Part shown: positions 52,789-64,000 of the stretch, piece after piece
How the letters are laid out: each line of letters begins with the position of its first letter
How positions within the stretch are numbered: the first letter of the stretch is position 1
Assembly: GCA_013239625.1 (NCBI GenBank)
Contig: MU054212.1
Span: 3,286,001-3,350,000, forward strand
Length of the DNA: 64,000 nt
Reading direction: 5' to 3'
DNA from: Lama guanicoe
Lineage: Eukaryota
Notes under the pieces: generated by a model
Seen by the model: the letters and a program-made list of their open reading frames with translations, nothing else
The model's database searches: none
Told to the model about the DNA's origin: nothing
Program-made: the position numbers and the translations under genes

Positions 52789-53189
52789 GGGCTGGCACCA
52801 GAGTCCCGGCTTGGGAGTCCACCGCGGGGGCGCAGCAGTCCAGTCCAGCGCAGGTGGCTCACAAGTTCAGGCCCCGTCCTCCTCCCCTGCCCTTCTCGTA
52901 CCCACTCCATCGCCCGGACCCCCTCCCCTCCCCCCTTCAGCGCAGTCAATAAAGTGAACAGGAGTGGGTTCGAATATGGAGGGGAGGTGGGGTTAGATTA
53001 GGGGTGGAATGAAAACGATGTCCCCCTCAGTCACCAGGGGTGAAGTACCAGGAAAGGTGAGGATGCACAGCCCCGCCCACCCAGAACCCCTCTCCTACCC
53101 AGGGTGCAAGCAGCACCCCAAAATCTCGGCCTCTCCAACCCCGGACACCCTGCCCCCCAACCTCCGACACACGGACCCAGGGCGTTTAC

Positions 53190-53360
53190 CTCGGAGCGGA
53201 GCGGCGCGGGGAGCAGAGGGCGGCAGGCGCCGGCAGGCACCGCTTTTGCAGGCGCGGAGCTTCGGCGGGAAAGTTCCCCGAGCTGCGGGGCAAACTCTCG
53301 GGGACTCCGCCCCGCCGCAGGCCGCGGGGTGCGCAGGAGCGCCGGGCGCGGGAGCGGGGG
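53190..53360 (-). other. CHST9: Probable non-coding exon 1 of CHST9 (5' boundary approximate)
   Basis: Lies in the only CpG island upstream of exon 2. Minus-strand donor CCGAG|gtaaac (GT at 53189-53188). TSS only estimated from the CCAAT box at 53418-53422. Confidence 0.6.
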
Positions 53361-53412
53361 CGGCACGGAGCCGGACGCTCGCCCTCGCGCGTCGGCCCGG
53401 CTGGGGCTGCGG

Positions 53413-53424
53413 CGCCGATTGGGC
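53413..53424 (-). promoter_or_regulatory. CCAAT box (NF-Y-type)
   Basis: Minus strand reads GCCCAATCGGC, close to the NF-Y consensus, inside the CpG island and in the CHST9 sense orientation. Confidence 0.5.
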
Positions 53425-53456
53425 TCCCGGCCGCTCGGGCTCCCGCTCCCGCCGCC

Positions 53457-53569
53457 NNNNNNNNNNNNNNNNNNNNNNNNNNNNNNNNNNNNNNNNNNNN
53501 NNNNNNNNNNNNNNNNNNNNNNNNNNNNNNNNNNNNNNNNNNNNNNNNNNNNNNNNNNNNNNNNNNNNN
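53457..53569. other. Assembly gap (113 N) in the GC-rich promoter core
   Basis: Run of N directly visible. Confidence 1.
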
Positions 53570-55488
53570 GTGGGGCTCTCTGCCTCTGACTTTCTGACCT
53601 TCTGTCTGCTGGCCGCTCGCCCTCCCTCCCAGCCCTAGGGCTCTCGCGCCACCCAGTCCTGGTCCAGAGAGTGATGATCTCCGACGTTTCCTAAGTTACC
53701 TCCTGTTCCTCACCTCTGCCCTGTCTCAGATTCCTTCCCAAGTGTTCTAGAAACACCTGAAGGGCAAATCTATAGGTTAGTAGGCTGTGGCAAGCGTTGA
53801 CGGCAAAGTCTTAGAATTTCTTTTGCATTACAGATTGATCAGTCTATCTATTATACACATATATAACTATATAGGTAGATCTATAGGTCAGTAAAGGTTT
53901 CAGTTAAGGATGTATCTGCCATAGGCAAGTTCGGTAACAGGTTTATGTAAGGCAGGGGCTTCCGAAGACCGAGCAAAGTGACCCTGTACAGTATCCAAGA
54001 CCTTGTAGGTCCCTCAGGCCAGGCATTTCAAAATTGTTCAAGCCGAATTCAGCAGACCAAGATTACGATAGATTTTTTTTTATCATTAAAGGAAACTTTA
54101 TTGAGATTTAAAAATTAGTTCCAAATATTATGCTAGCAACAATTTGACCAAACTAGGGCAAATAAAATTAACATAACCCTTGATTGCTTACCTTGCATTC
54201 AGGTAGTCTGTAGGAATGAACAAAGAAAAACTAATTTTTTAAAAAAGTAGGAAGTGGTTAAACCTACCTCATTGCTACATTAGAATTTTTTTTCCAACGG
54301 AGACGTTATTAACATTCTACATTTTCAGTAGGTCTTATTCTTACTAGTAGGTTAGAAATAATACATCTAGTGGTAGTGAACTTGGATTCAGAGAAGAAAT
54401 ACTATTATAAGACTTGCTTGCCTGACTCTGATTTCTTTTAAACACAACCTGGTTTATTTTGTTAAAAGAACTTTAATTTGTATGTCTGCTGGTTTGTTAA
54501 TTAACACTTAACTCAGATACTGTCTGTCTTCCCTGCATTGAAGTCCTTATTCACCAGGAGAATGAAACTCTTTTTCTGCATTTGGACTTTTAAAGAAACA
54601 AGGGAGTGTCCCTGAGCTGTATTTAACTGGAAATTGATGAGTGCTTCTTGAATGAATTAACCATTTTAACTTAGTCATTTTGGGTTTGGTCCCATGGGTA
54701 TCATTCTGTGTTCTAAGAACTCTTGGAGCTGTGACTGTTTCACCAGAGCAGTGAAGAACTCCCAGCCGGGCTCAGGGGACCTGGACTCCACTCCATTGCT
54801 GCTTCAAGACATACAACTTTTGTAGCCTATGCCTTCTGATTTGTAAAATAGAGGAATCAAGCAAGAATATCATTATAACTGTCTTGTTTCTAAATTCTGA
54901 AAGTTTTTAGAGCTCATGGGGGAAACTGGGCACGGTCAGGTCAATTCTGATGGAAACGGCGCTAGGCATTGCCCATCCATTGTGGGATTTTCCCGCATCT
55001 ATTTCATTCACCTATTATAGCAAATGAAAGCCTTCAAACTGTGAACTGTTCCATTCCTAAATCTCTACCTGAAGCCATTAAAAAATATTTTAATGACTGA
55101 GGAAATTGAACTTTGTGACTTTCCAACATTGATGAATAAAGGATCAAAGAATCACCTAAAAAACACACCTAACATCCGTATAAGATGCATCTGCTCATGG
55201 CATTTGGTTATATGGTTACGGCCTGGCATGAGAGCCCTATAGTTAAGCCCAAATAGCACCTTCTTAGATTTTGTAGTTAAACTGGTTTAATTTTTACATT
55301 GTGCATTATTTCTAAACATTGGCTCCCAGCATGTTTCTAAACTCTCCAGTTTATTACTTTTGTTTAGTTCTTCAAATTTCTTAAAATGTTTAACTATTGA
55401 TCGATCCTGGGCAAGTATGAAGCTTATGGATCATTGATCCTTTCATGTGTAGGTTGGTAACAATTATACTCATAAAAGAAATTTCTGA

Positions 55489-55667
55489 GGGGGAGGGGAT
55501 AGCTCAGTGGTAGAGTGTGTGCTTAGCATGCATGAGGTTCAGGGATCAGTCCCTAGTACCTCCATTAAAATACATAAACCTAATTACCTCCTCCCAAAAA
55601 TAAAAATTAAAAATCATTAAAAGTAAATTTTAAAAAGTGAAACTTTTAAAAAGATCTACTTAAAAAA
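55489..55667 (+). mobile_element. tRNA-derived SINE (vic-1-like), copy 3, with long AT-rich tail
   Basis: GGGGAGGGGATAGCTCAGTGGTAGAG...CTTAGCATGC head, TAAACCTAATTACCTCC body, flanking repeat aaaagaaattt (55474-55484 / 55668-55678). Confidence 0.9.
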
Positions 55668-58600
55668 AAAAGAAATTTTTACATCAAATCTCAAGGTATG
55701 TTTGTTGGCCAGAATGCTTTGGTGGAAAGAGGCCTTAATCATTTCCAGGTGAAATACACTCTGGGCAGATGTCACTGGACTAAGTACAAGAAATGCAAAC
55801 TTCACTTTGAAAGTAGTGTAATTAATAATATAAAGAATGAGCTGTATGTAAGGAGAACGAGGTAGAGAAAAGGAGTAGAGAAGGCTATTTTCCTGGTGTC
55901 TCAATGTAGGAAAAAAAAGCTGCTTTAACCATAATGCGATAGTTCTTGCTGATTTTGAGTTTGTGCTTTTCAGTAACCACGCAGTTTCCAATGATGACGT
56001 GGCTTGATGAATAGACAGAATAACAATTCAACAGAAATGTATTAAGCACAATGTACAAGGCCATATGGGGGCTGCAAATACCTCTAAACCATCATAATTT
56101 ATGGCTTCAACTGTTTTGTGGAGAGAAAGGGGAGACAGATTTACCTGGAAAAAAATATTTTGACATGAGTCAGTGGAGGTTAGGCCAGTAGCTAGCGTAA
56201 TTTCCCTTTGAGTTTTCTTGCTCTTATCCTCCAGAGTAGGAGTAAAACAAGAAACTAATCAAAGAACATCATTTATGTTGATTCCCAAGCGAGCGAACAC
56301 AAGCAACCCCAGTGAACCAGAGGGGAGAATGGCGGAAGTCCGGTGTTAGATGACAGAAGACACCATAACCAGCTTTTTCTGGTTGGGGTGGAGGAAGATA
56401 AAAATAAACAATTCTTAAGGAAAAAGAGGTCTAAAAGGTGTTTAAAACCTTAAGCGAGTGAGATGAGATGGAAAGAATCTTGGAGACCTGGATGTGGTTC
56501 CCGGAAGCTGGGCAAGGCTTTCTGTCCCTGGGCTCAGTTCTATCACCTGGAGTGCACGAGGTCATGGAACTGGATGGGCCCTAATGGACCCTCCACCTTC
56601 GCAACTTCCCTGAGGTCTGATCCTGATCACTGACTTTGATCAAGCTATTCAGATGATGATTCAACTTCACCCATCGATAGAGCTGCATAACGACAGCCAA
56701 AGTGAATTCTAATCAGAAAATAAAAGCCTGGAGTAGGCTTTTTCTTCAACAGCAGAAATCCACAGCGAAGGTGAGAGCACACTAGAGGAGTGCGGTACTG
56801 ATTATCCAACGTTCGTCTACAGGTTGTAGGATGTAGCATTGCACAAAGTAGAACTTCCTCTCTGAAATTTCAGAAGAAAACTTCGTATAGTTCTAATATC
56901 AGAAATAAATAGGACAAAGGACAAAGCATTAAAACTTTACAGACTAGGAGGAGTCTGGAAGCACAATAACTTATTTATTTTCAGCACTATATAGCGAAGT
57001 TTGCAATTTGAGGTTGACCACAATTATTGAATGATAGGGAAATAAAAAAGACTTGGCTTTTGTGAACTCTGTCTTTAACACTGTTTTTTTAGGGAAGAAA
57101 TTATTTTCTTAAAAAAATTTAGAAAAATATCAAGAACCAGATTATATACAGCTAAAGCACAAATTAAGTATCCAGAAGAATATTGGGGGGGGTTAAATGG
57201 GGAAATGCATGCCCGGACAAAGCATAGGATTAATGGTAAATGAGGAAGAACTATGACTCCTAAAAAATTAAAAATTTTAAAATAGATAAAAGGATAACAT
57301 TGGTCAGACAGAAAAACTAAAAGATAATTATAAACAAATAAAAATGAAACAAGATGTGTTGCCTTTATTATGATGTATCTGCTGCCCAAGTAAAGCGATG
57401 ATTCAAGGTCAAATAAATTAGAATAGTCAGCACCTAATAGTCTTGGTAAATGGAACAGGTCAATAAATATATATTGATTGGGTGATTGAATAAGAACGGC
57501 TGGCAGTTATTTTAGGAAAATCAAAGTCACTAGGGAACTTATGTCTGTAATTTTCATAACTAAGCAAGTATGAATTTCCTTTAAAAAAAATAAGAAACAA
57601 AACCTTTCCAAATAGTCACTTTTAACTCCTAAGCAATGAAATGTCATAAAAATTTTCTAAGATAGTGTTTACATGTAGAAAAACCTAAATTGGAAACATG
57701 TAACATGTGGAAATATAACTGTGCCTCTGTAGAAAGAAATTACATTTTTTACAGCTTTGATGGTTTGGGGTAGGTGATTGGAATAGGCAAAATTCTATGT
57801 GACCAGTTTACTGGGAAAATGCAATACTTTCCTCTAAATCAATATTTGGACACATATATTTTCATTTCCTGAAGTGGGTTCAGTTTTTGATATAAGCGGT
57901 TAAGATATGAAGTGATCTTGAAGATGACTTCAAGACTCTAAGTCAAAATAAAAAATCATTTGCAGCAGCCTGAATTGATGTGAGGCTGTAAGTTTCAACA
58001 GTGTCTAGGAATGGGTTAGTGATGGAGCCTTCCTTGACAAAATATTTTGCTAATTAATTCACCAAGCATGGCTAGTCTGGTCAGTGTGGGTACTCTGGGT
58101 TGGTGCCTTGGATATAAAAACTAAAAAGACACAGTCCCTTTTATTAAGATGATAACTAATGAATTCAAATCATATATCATTAAATTTAGAAGTGCTAAGC
58201 CTATAGGGGAAAAAAAAGAGAAGGGTTTGCTGGGAGTAAAAGAAAAAGGAAAAATTGAAATAGCCTTGAATGATATCTATTCAATAATGTATATGTGTGC
58301 GTGTGTGCGTGTGTGTGTGTGTGTGTTTATATTTGAAAGGGAGAAAGCAAGCAAGCAAGCTCTTAAGAGATTTGATGAAATCAAGAGACTATGTCAATGA
58401 CATATCCTCAGGTAAAATATGGCATTTGAGGGCAGAGAGTAATTCTAAATCCACCCCTCCCATGCGATGAAGTATTTCCTTGTCCAGCACTGGGAGTGTC
58501 TGTGATACACGGTTCACCTCACCAAATCTAATATCATTTCAGCCCTGGGGGACACAGACCATGGTGACTGTCTTGGCTTTTTTGAACACTTCTTGTCGAC

Positions 58601-60999
58601 CGTTCATTCAAAGTGTATCCTGTTAACAGGAGGATTTTTTCTGTAACAATGAAGGTAAACAATGATTTTTGAAAGCCAATGTATAAGATGAAAACATTAG
58701 TGCAAAATTCAAGAAATCTTTTATCTGGTAGCCTCATAAAATTTAGCACATAATATCAGAAATGTATTACAAATATTATTTCCTAAAGTTGATACTCAAA
58801 ATAGCTGAACACAGAACCAACTCAGCTTAATATCAAACTCATATTATTTATATCTCACCCTATGTCAACACACAGTTACTTATAACACTATTCAGATGTC
58901 TGATCTACTTAAAAGTCTCTTTTTCCCTTGTATTCAAAAAGGAACTTAAAAAAATTTCTCATTGTACTTAGAAAAGAGAAGAAAGAAGTTAATTTCTACT
59001 AGATATTGACTTTCTTGTTTTTGTCTTGAGCTAACAACAACAGGATTTAAAACTTGAAGGACCACCTTGTTCTAGGAGGAAAAATTGACACTATTTCTGA
59101 CTTAACAATTTTGAAAGTAGGTAGCTTGAACCTCAGGTGCTGAGGTAAAAGTAAACAATTCTGGATATGATCTCTTGCTTGAATCCATCTTTCAACATAT
59201 TTCTTAACACATGGCAGCATCCAAGGATAAATTTTCCAAGAAAGAATGTGACTTCATGCAACTCCCTCAAAAAGTTGTCAAATTTAGGTTCATGGGGAAT
59301 GATAGATTTAAGCATTTATGAGTTAACTGTCCGAATGTTAAAACCACCTGCGTGACATGATATCACTGTTACCCGAACATCTCTTACCTGCCTCACCTTC
59401 TCTCCTCTTGGTTCACATCCTGTGTTCTAACCACCGGTCTGAGCACCTTCACTGTTAATTTCAAAACACTAATATTATTTTGAAAAATTCTCCAAGCAGA
59501 GAGTAAGTCTGTAGGATAGTTATTGACTCAATGTAATTTTTAAGTGTTGAGTGACACATTTGAGAAGTGCTCACAGCATCATAGCTGGCACCTCTTTATG
59601 CCTTAATTTTCATTTTGATTGGAGGGACAGCTTAATGAATCTGCACCGAGATGTTCAATCTGCATTTTTCAGACTTCCTTGACTGCATTTCGGGAAGCGC
59701 TAAATCATATTATGCACATGTCCAGAAACTATCTATACCTGTCTTGTTTTGTTTTTCAATCACCACTAAAAGCAAAGGAGTAGGACACCAGCATGCTTTC
59801 TTTTGAACACTGTCTGCAGCTCTGGGTTAGGCGTACAGACATCTTCTTTCCCAGCCTAGGAGCTCACGCACATCTGTTTGCCAAGCTGACTGGAGTCTTT
59901 TATGGGAGAGAAAAGTGAAATATGTTTCAATCTGATGAAAAAGCAGGAAGGAGAACAAAGACTTTCATAAAGACATAGAAACAAATATTCGACAACTTTA
60001 TTGGAAATGTGGTAAATACCAGGAATTAATGTGTAAAAATGATGTTCACCAGGCACTCCCTAGCTGTGAATAAACTTGTAAACCACCCTTTGGATTAAAT
60101 GCAACAAAATGGTATTATGTTGAATCAGAATAACTTATAGGTGGGGAAGAGAAGAGCTAAAGCTTGTAGGCTGAGCAGAGAGCAGCGAGGACATGATCTC
60201 ACACACAATGAAAAAGCGTCCAGTTAGGGAGGGAAGGGAGAGCCTAGTGTTTGCTATTCCTTCCTGCTTTTCTTGAATATTTAGAAAGCATGTCTGTTGA
60301 TGGAAAGAACTAGTCAATATTTATAGATCCCATCACCTACCTTAGGTAGCCTGTCACTTCAGCAGATTAAACTGACCTCTTTTAAACATTTGTTTTAAAA
60401 TGTAAATGGTACCTGCATGAGAAGAATGATTTTCCTCAAACCATCTCTTCCCTGCCATGTCTATTCTTGCCTGCAGGAAAACAAAATAGAGGACTGAATA
60501 GGATGTGGCATCATCATTTATGACTTTCATCCACTGTGTAAATATAAAGAGTCGCTGGGAACACAAGTTAATGAAAACAGAACTGTGACACCAATAGATC
60601 TAGAGGTGTGGGGGCTTGATAGAACTGTCTCCAATTTACAGGTTACAGTGTTGACGGTCCACAAATTCTAGCAGATTTCTTATCCATTGCTCTGATAGTT
60701 CTGATCTCCGCAATCTCAGAGGACTATGAAAAATGGAGAAAGAACTGGGAGGAAAACTCATGGTGGTATCAAATGCCAAGCACAGTGCCTGGCGTATGAT
60801 AGGCAAGCATGATTTATTGACAGAATCAGATTAAACTTAAAATAAGATTTATAGAAAAGACCAAGTAATCTGGCATTATTTAAGCTGTCTTCAAAATGTT
60901 TTGAATTGAAAAATATTTTAAAGAAAATGGGCTAAGATTGACAGCATCAAGGGTCATGTAATATTACATACATGTGTACATGGGAACCACATCTTGTGT

Positions 61000-61535
61000 T
61001 CATTTATTTATCAGATATTTACTGAGCATCTCTCATGTCCACAGTTGCCTCTTGGGATCGGTATGCAAACAAGAAAAGTAAGAGCTCTGCCTTTGTGCTA
61101 TTTATGCTCTAGTGGGGAAAGGATACGGAACAAGTATACAAAATAAATAAACATGATATGTAGGACTGAAATTTTCTATGAAGGAAATAACTGGGGTTAT
61201 TTGATAGGTAATAGTGGGGAGAGGGTACTGAGGTGGAAGCTCAGGAAAGAAGGTGATGTCTGAGCTGAATCCTTAGAGATGAGAAGGAGTAAACGAAACC
61301 CACATCCTAGGGAACAGTGTTCCAGGCAGAAGGATCAGAATGTGCGATGAGAAAGAGTTTGGTGTGTCTGGGGAACAGACAGAAAGCCAAACAGGCTGTG
61401 GGTGGCAAGACGAGTCCTTCTGAGCTGAGGCTAAGAAGTCAGTGGGCTCGGTTCACGGAGGGCTCGTAGACACAACAAGGCATTCACACTGTCTTTTACG
61501 TGTGCTGGGAAGATGCTGGATGGTTTTAAAAAGAG
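61000..61535 (-). mobile_element. L2 3' fragment, adjacent to SINE copy 4
   Basis: atatttactgagcatct...ctcaggaaag...tctgagctgaatcct...tgttccaggcagaagga. Confidence 0.75.
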
Positions 61536-61552
61536 TCAGATTTATATTTCTT

Positions 61553-61683
61553 TTTTGGGTGGGGGGTTTGAGGGGAGGAGGTAATTTGGTTTATTTATTT
61601 AAACAGAGGAGACACTGGGGATTGAACCCAAGGCCTTGTGCATGCTAAACACACACCCTACCACTGAGCTATACTCTCTGCCC
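61553..61683 (-). mobile_element. tRNA-derived SINE (vic-1-like), copy 4
   Basis: Reverse-complement head TATAGCTCAGTGGTAGGG...TTAGCATGCAC...GGTTCAATCCCCAG, perfect 16-bp TSD cagatttatatttctt (61537-61552 / 61686-61701). Confidence 0.92.
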
Positions 61684-62464
61684 GCCAGATTTATATTTCT
61701 TGGTAGTGAATGTAAATAACAGAATTAATATAGAGGTTGTATTACTGTTTCATGGATCGAAACACCTTTTAAAGTAGAATAATTTCTCCTTGAAGAATGT
61801 TCCGTATGTGGTCCTACCTTTAGGCGTCTGGAAATAATTTATGCATCATAACACGAGGACCCCCTTATGTCTGTGACACACATACACACACACAATACAG
61901 CAAGCCGATTATTTTTGTGTCTAGCTTACATCTTTAATGAAAGTCATAAATCACACTATAGCTGTACGATGAAATTTAGGATCAGTCCTATAATTAATTC
62001 TGGTGAGGTTTTGCATACACTTAGGAATGGACCTTCGATTTGGCTAAAGCGAGCCGAAGAGGGAAGATTTCTCAAGGTCTCTTTCAACTGCTACCACCGG
62101 CATTCCCACTAAAACTGTGGACCTTTTTGGACTTTTATGCCTTAAAAAAACAACAGTGACTCTGAGACTTGCTTAGTTTTACCGTTTGTTAAAGAAAAGT
62201 GCCCAGCTGGGGCTGCACACCCACCAACTGGAGCCCACGGGCTCTGATGACAGGAAACAGCAGGCCCTCGCTCGCTGCCCGAAGAATGTTGGCTGGGTTC
62301 CTGGTATTGGGGATCCTTTTTCACTGTTTTGCTGTTGTTTTAATCATATTATAAAACCGTGGGCTGTCCAAAACCTTAGAGATGACATAATTCATGGGAG
62401 AAAATGTGTCCTAGAGTTATGTAGGAAATGTGTCAGTTTAAAATGGCAAGAGATCTGATGGGGG

Positions 62465-62827
62465 GCGCTAGTTAGAGCTGCCTTAACTAAGTAACGCCAG
62501 CTGGGTGACTTAAACAGCAGATACTCGTGGTCTCACAATTCTGGAGGCTAGCAGCCCAAGATCCAGGTGTCAGCAAGGCTCATTTTTTTCTAAGGCTGCC
62601 CTCCTTGGCCGACTTCTCCCTGGGTCTTCACATTGTCTTCCCTCTATACCTGTCATGTCTTAGTCTTCTCTTCAAAGAGCCACCAGTCATATGGGATTTA
62701 AGGCTCACCCTAGTGACCTCATTTTAAGTTAGTTACCTCTTTAAGGACCTTATCTACAAACCCTGGGGATCAGACTTCAACACAGGAATTTTGGGGGTGA
62801 GTGGGTAATACTATTCAGCCTGTAATA
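62465..62827 (-). mobile_element. MaLR LTR (MLT1A/B-like)
   Basis: gctgggtgacttaaacagcag...tctcacaattctggaggctag...aagatccaggtgtcagca...gacttcaacacaggaattttggggg...attcagcc. Confidence 0.85.
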
Positions 62828-63414
62828 AGGGGTAAGTAAGAAATCTGAAAACTAAAAGGAAAGCTATTAAGAACTGTATTTATGTAGCTTGAACCTCACT
62901 GAGCCCCACTCAGCCTTGAACTTCACAACTTCCATGCAATCTGGACTTGCAGAATCCTGTAGTCTACCTGCTTTGAATGACACTATTCAACATCCCAGCT
63001 TTCTTGTCCTAGTTTAAATACAGTTTGCAGTTGAGACCTACTTTTTTCCATCATGCCCGGATGGAACAGTGGTTTCAAGGAAGGTGACTTCAGTGGTGAT
63101 GGAATTATATTATCATGTGGTGTTTAGATCAGGAATGAAAAGATCAGAATCATGCTCAGTGGAAAAGGAGTAGAAGAGGCAGGGTAACTGTAACCATTTC
63201 ATTAGAAGGACAGGTTATTATAATGATTTTAATTATTTAGTTATTTAATCAGTGATTTGAAATTTACTGATTACAAGGCTTGTTCCTGTCTGGTTTCAGG
63301 ACATGTTTCTCTCCACTTACTAAATCAGAATGTTGCCCATATAACAGTTCACTGTCTTGATGCAAGATTTGATCACTGTTATTATTTGCCAACTCTCAAA
63401 ATATTAGCTAGCCA

Positions 63415-63890
63415 TGGTGGGTACTTTCTGTTTGCCCCTCCACATCCAAAAGTCACCTCCCCATCCTGCCCTGTGTTGGAGGGCAGACCTGTATGTACTG
63501 CATTTTCAGGTCCCCTTATCTCCTGGTTTCCGACTGGATTCTGCCCACGGGATGCTGGCACAGGTCAGAGAATAAGAGGAGAGAGAGAGAAGAGCCTTAT
63601 ATCCTTGGCTTCATCCTTTCCAGGTTGTCTAGAGGGCGCTTAAATATTCTTCCAAAGGTCACAACCCAACCCTCCATCCTCTGGCCCCTAGGACCACTTC
63701 CTTTCTTCTCCTTTCTAAGCCTAAAGGTACTAATTCCTATCTCGTTCCATCCCTTCCATTAGCTGTGTGATTCTATGTTCTTCCTGGGTGATTTTCTTAG
63801 AAGAGTTGCACTTCTTTGCAAATCATCCAGTTATTAAACTTTCCTCTGTGTACCCCGTTAGAATGCCATCCTACCTGAATTACTGTGAAT
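63415..63890 (+). mobile_element. ERVL LTR33-like relic
   Basis: ctttctgtttgcccctccacatcc...ctggtttccgactggattc...ttattaaactttcctc...gaatgccatc. Confidence 0.6.
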
Positions 63891-64000
63891 AAACGTATCT
63901 CCAGTTCAGCTGCATTACTGAGCAGATAAGAAGGCAGAGTCCCACCAGATGAATTGGTTCAGTCATTGATTTCTCACATTAAACATCTTTGTTGGGCATC

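Larger units (their letters stand above)
52800..53660. promoter_or_regulatory. CpG island / CHST9 promoter
   Basis: Very GC- and CpG-dense stretch, densest 53180-53456, in an otherwise CpG-poor window, 5' of the CHST9 coding exon on the minus strand. Confidence 0.85.

Noticed and set aside
53009..53638. Long ORFs (209, 161 and 111 aa) over the CpG island
   Set aside because: GC-rich DNA is poor in stop codons, the translations are low-complexity Ala/Gly/Arg/Pro, two run through the N gap, and none resembles a protein I know.

Overview
Mammalian, repeat-rich genomic DNA. Four copies of a tRNA-Ala-derived SINE resembling camelid vic-1 suggest a camelid (alpaca/llama/camel); this is an inference. 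The window holds the 5' end of CHST9 (carbohydrate sulfotransferase 9, GalNAc-4-O-sulfotransferase 2) on the minus strand: a CpG-island promoter with a probable non-coding exon 1 at about 53.2-53.4 kb (interrupted by a 113-nt N gap), an intron of about 26 kb, exon 2 (26933-27142) carrying the start codon and the type II membrane anchor, then more than 26 kb of intron 2 running off the left edge. The rest is intronic or upstream DNA made of L1, L2, CR1, MIR, DNA-transposon and LTR relics plus microsatellites; repeat family names are from recognition by eye and most boundaries are approximate. The other ORF-track entries look like chance ORFs. I found no convincing new biological system. The best leads are regulatory: three uORFs packed before the CHST9 start, an intact solo LTR next to the promoter, a SINE copy that keeps a complete Pol III unit, and a 73-nt Z-DNA-type tract.
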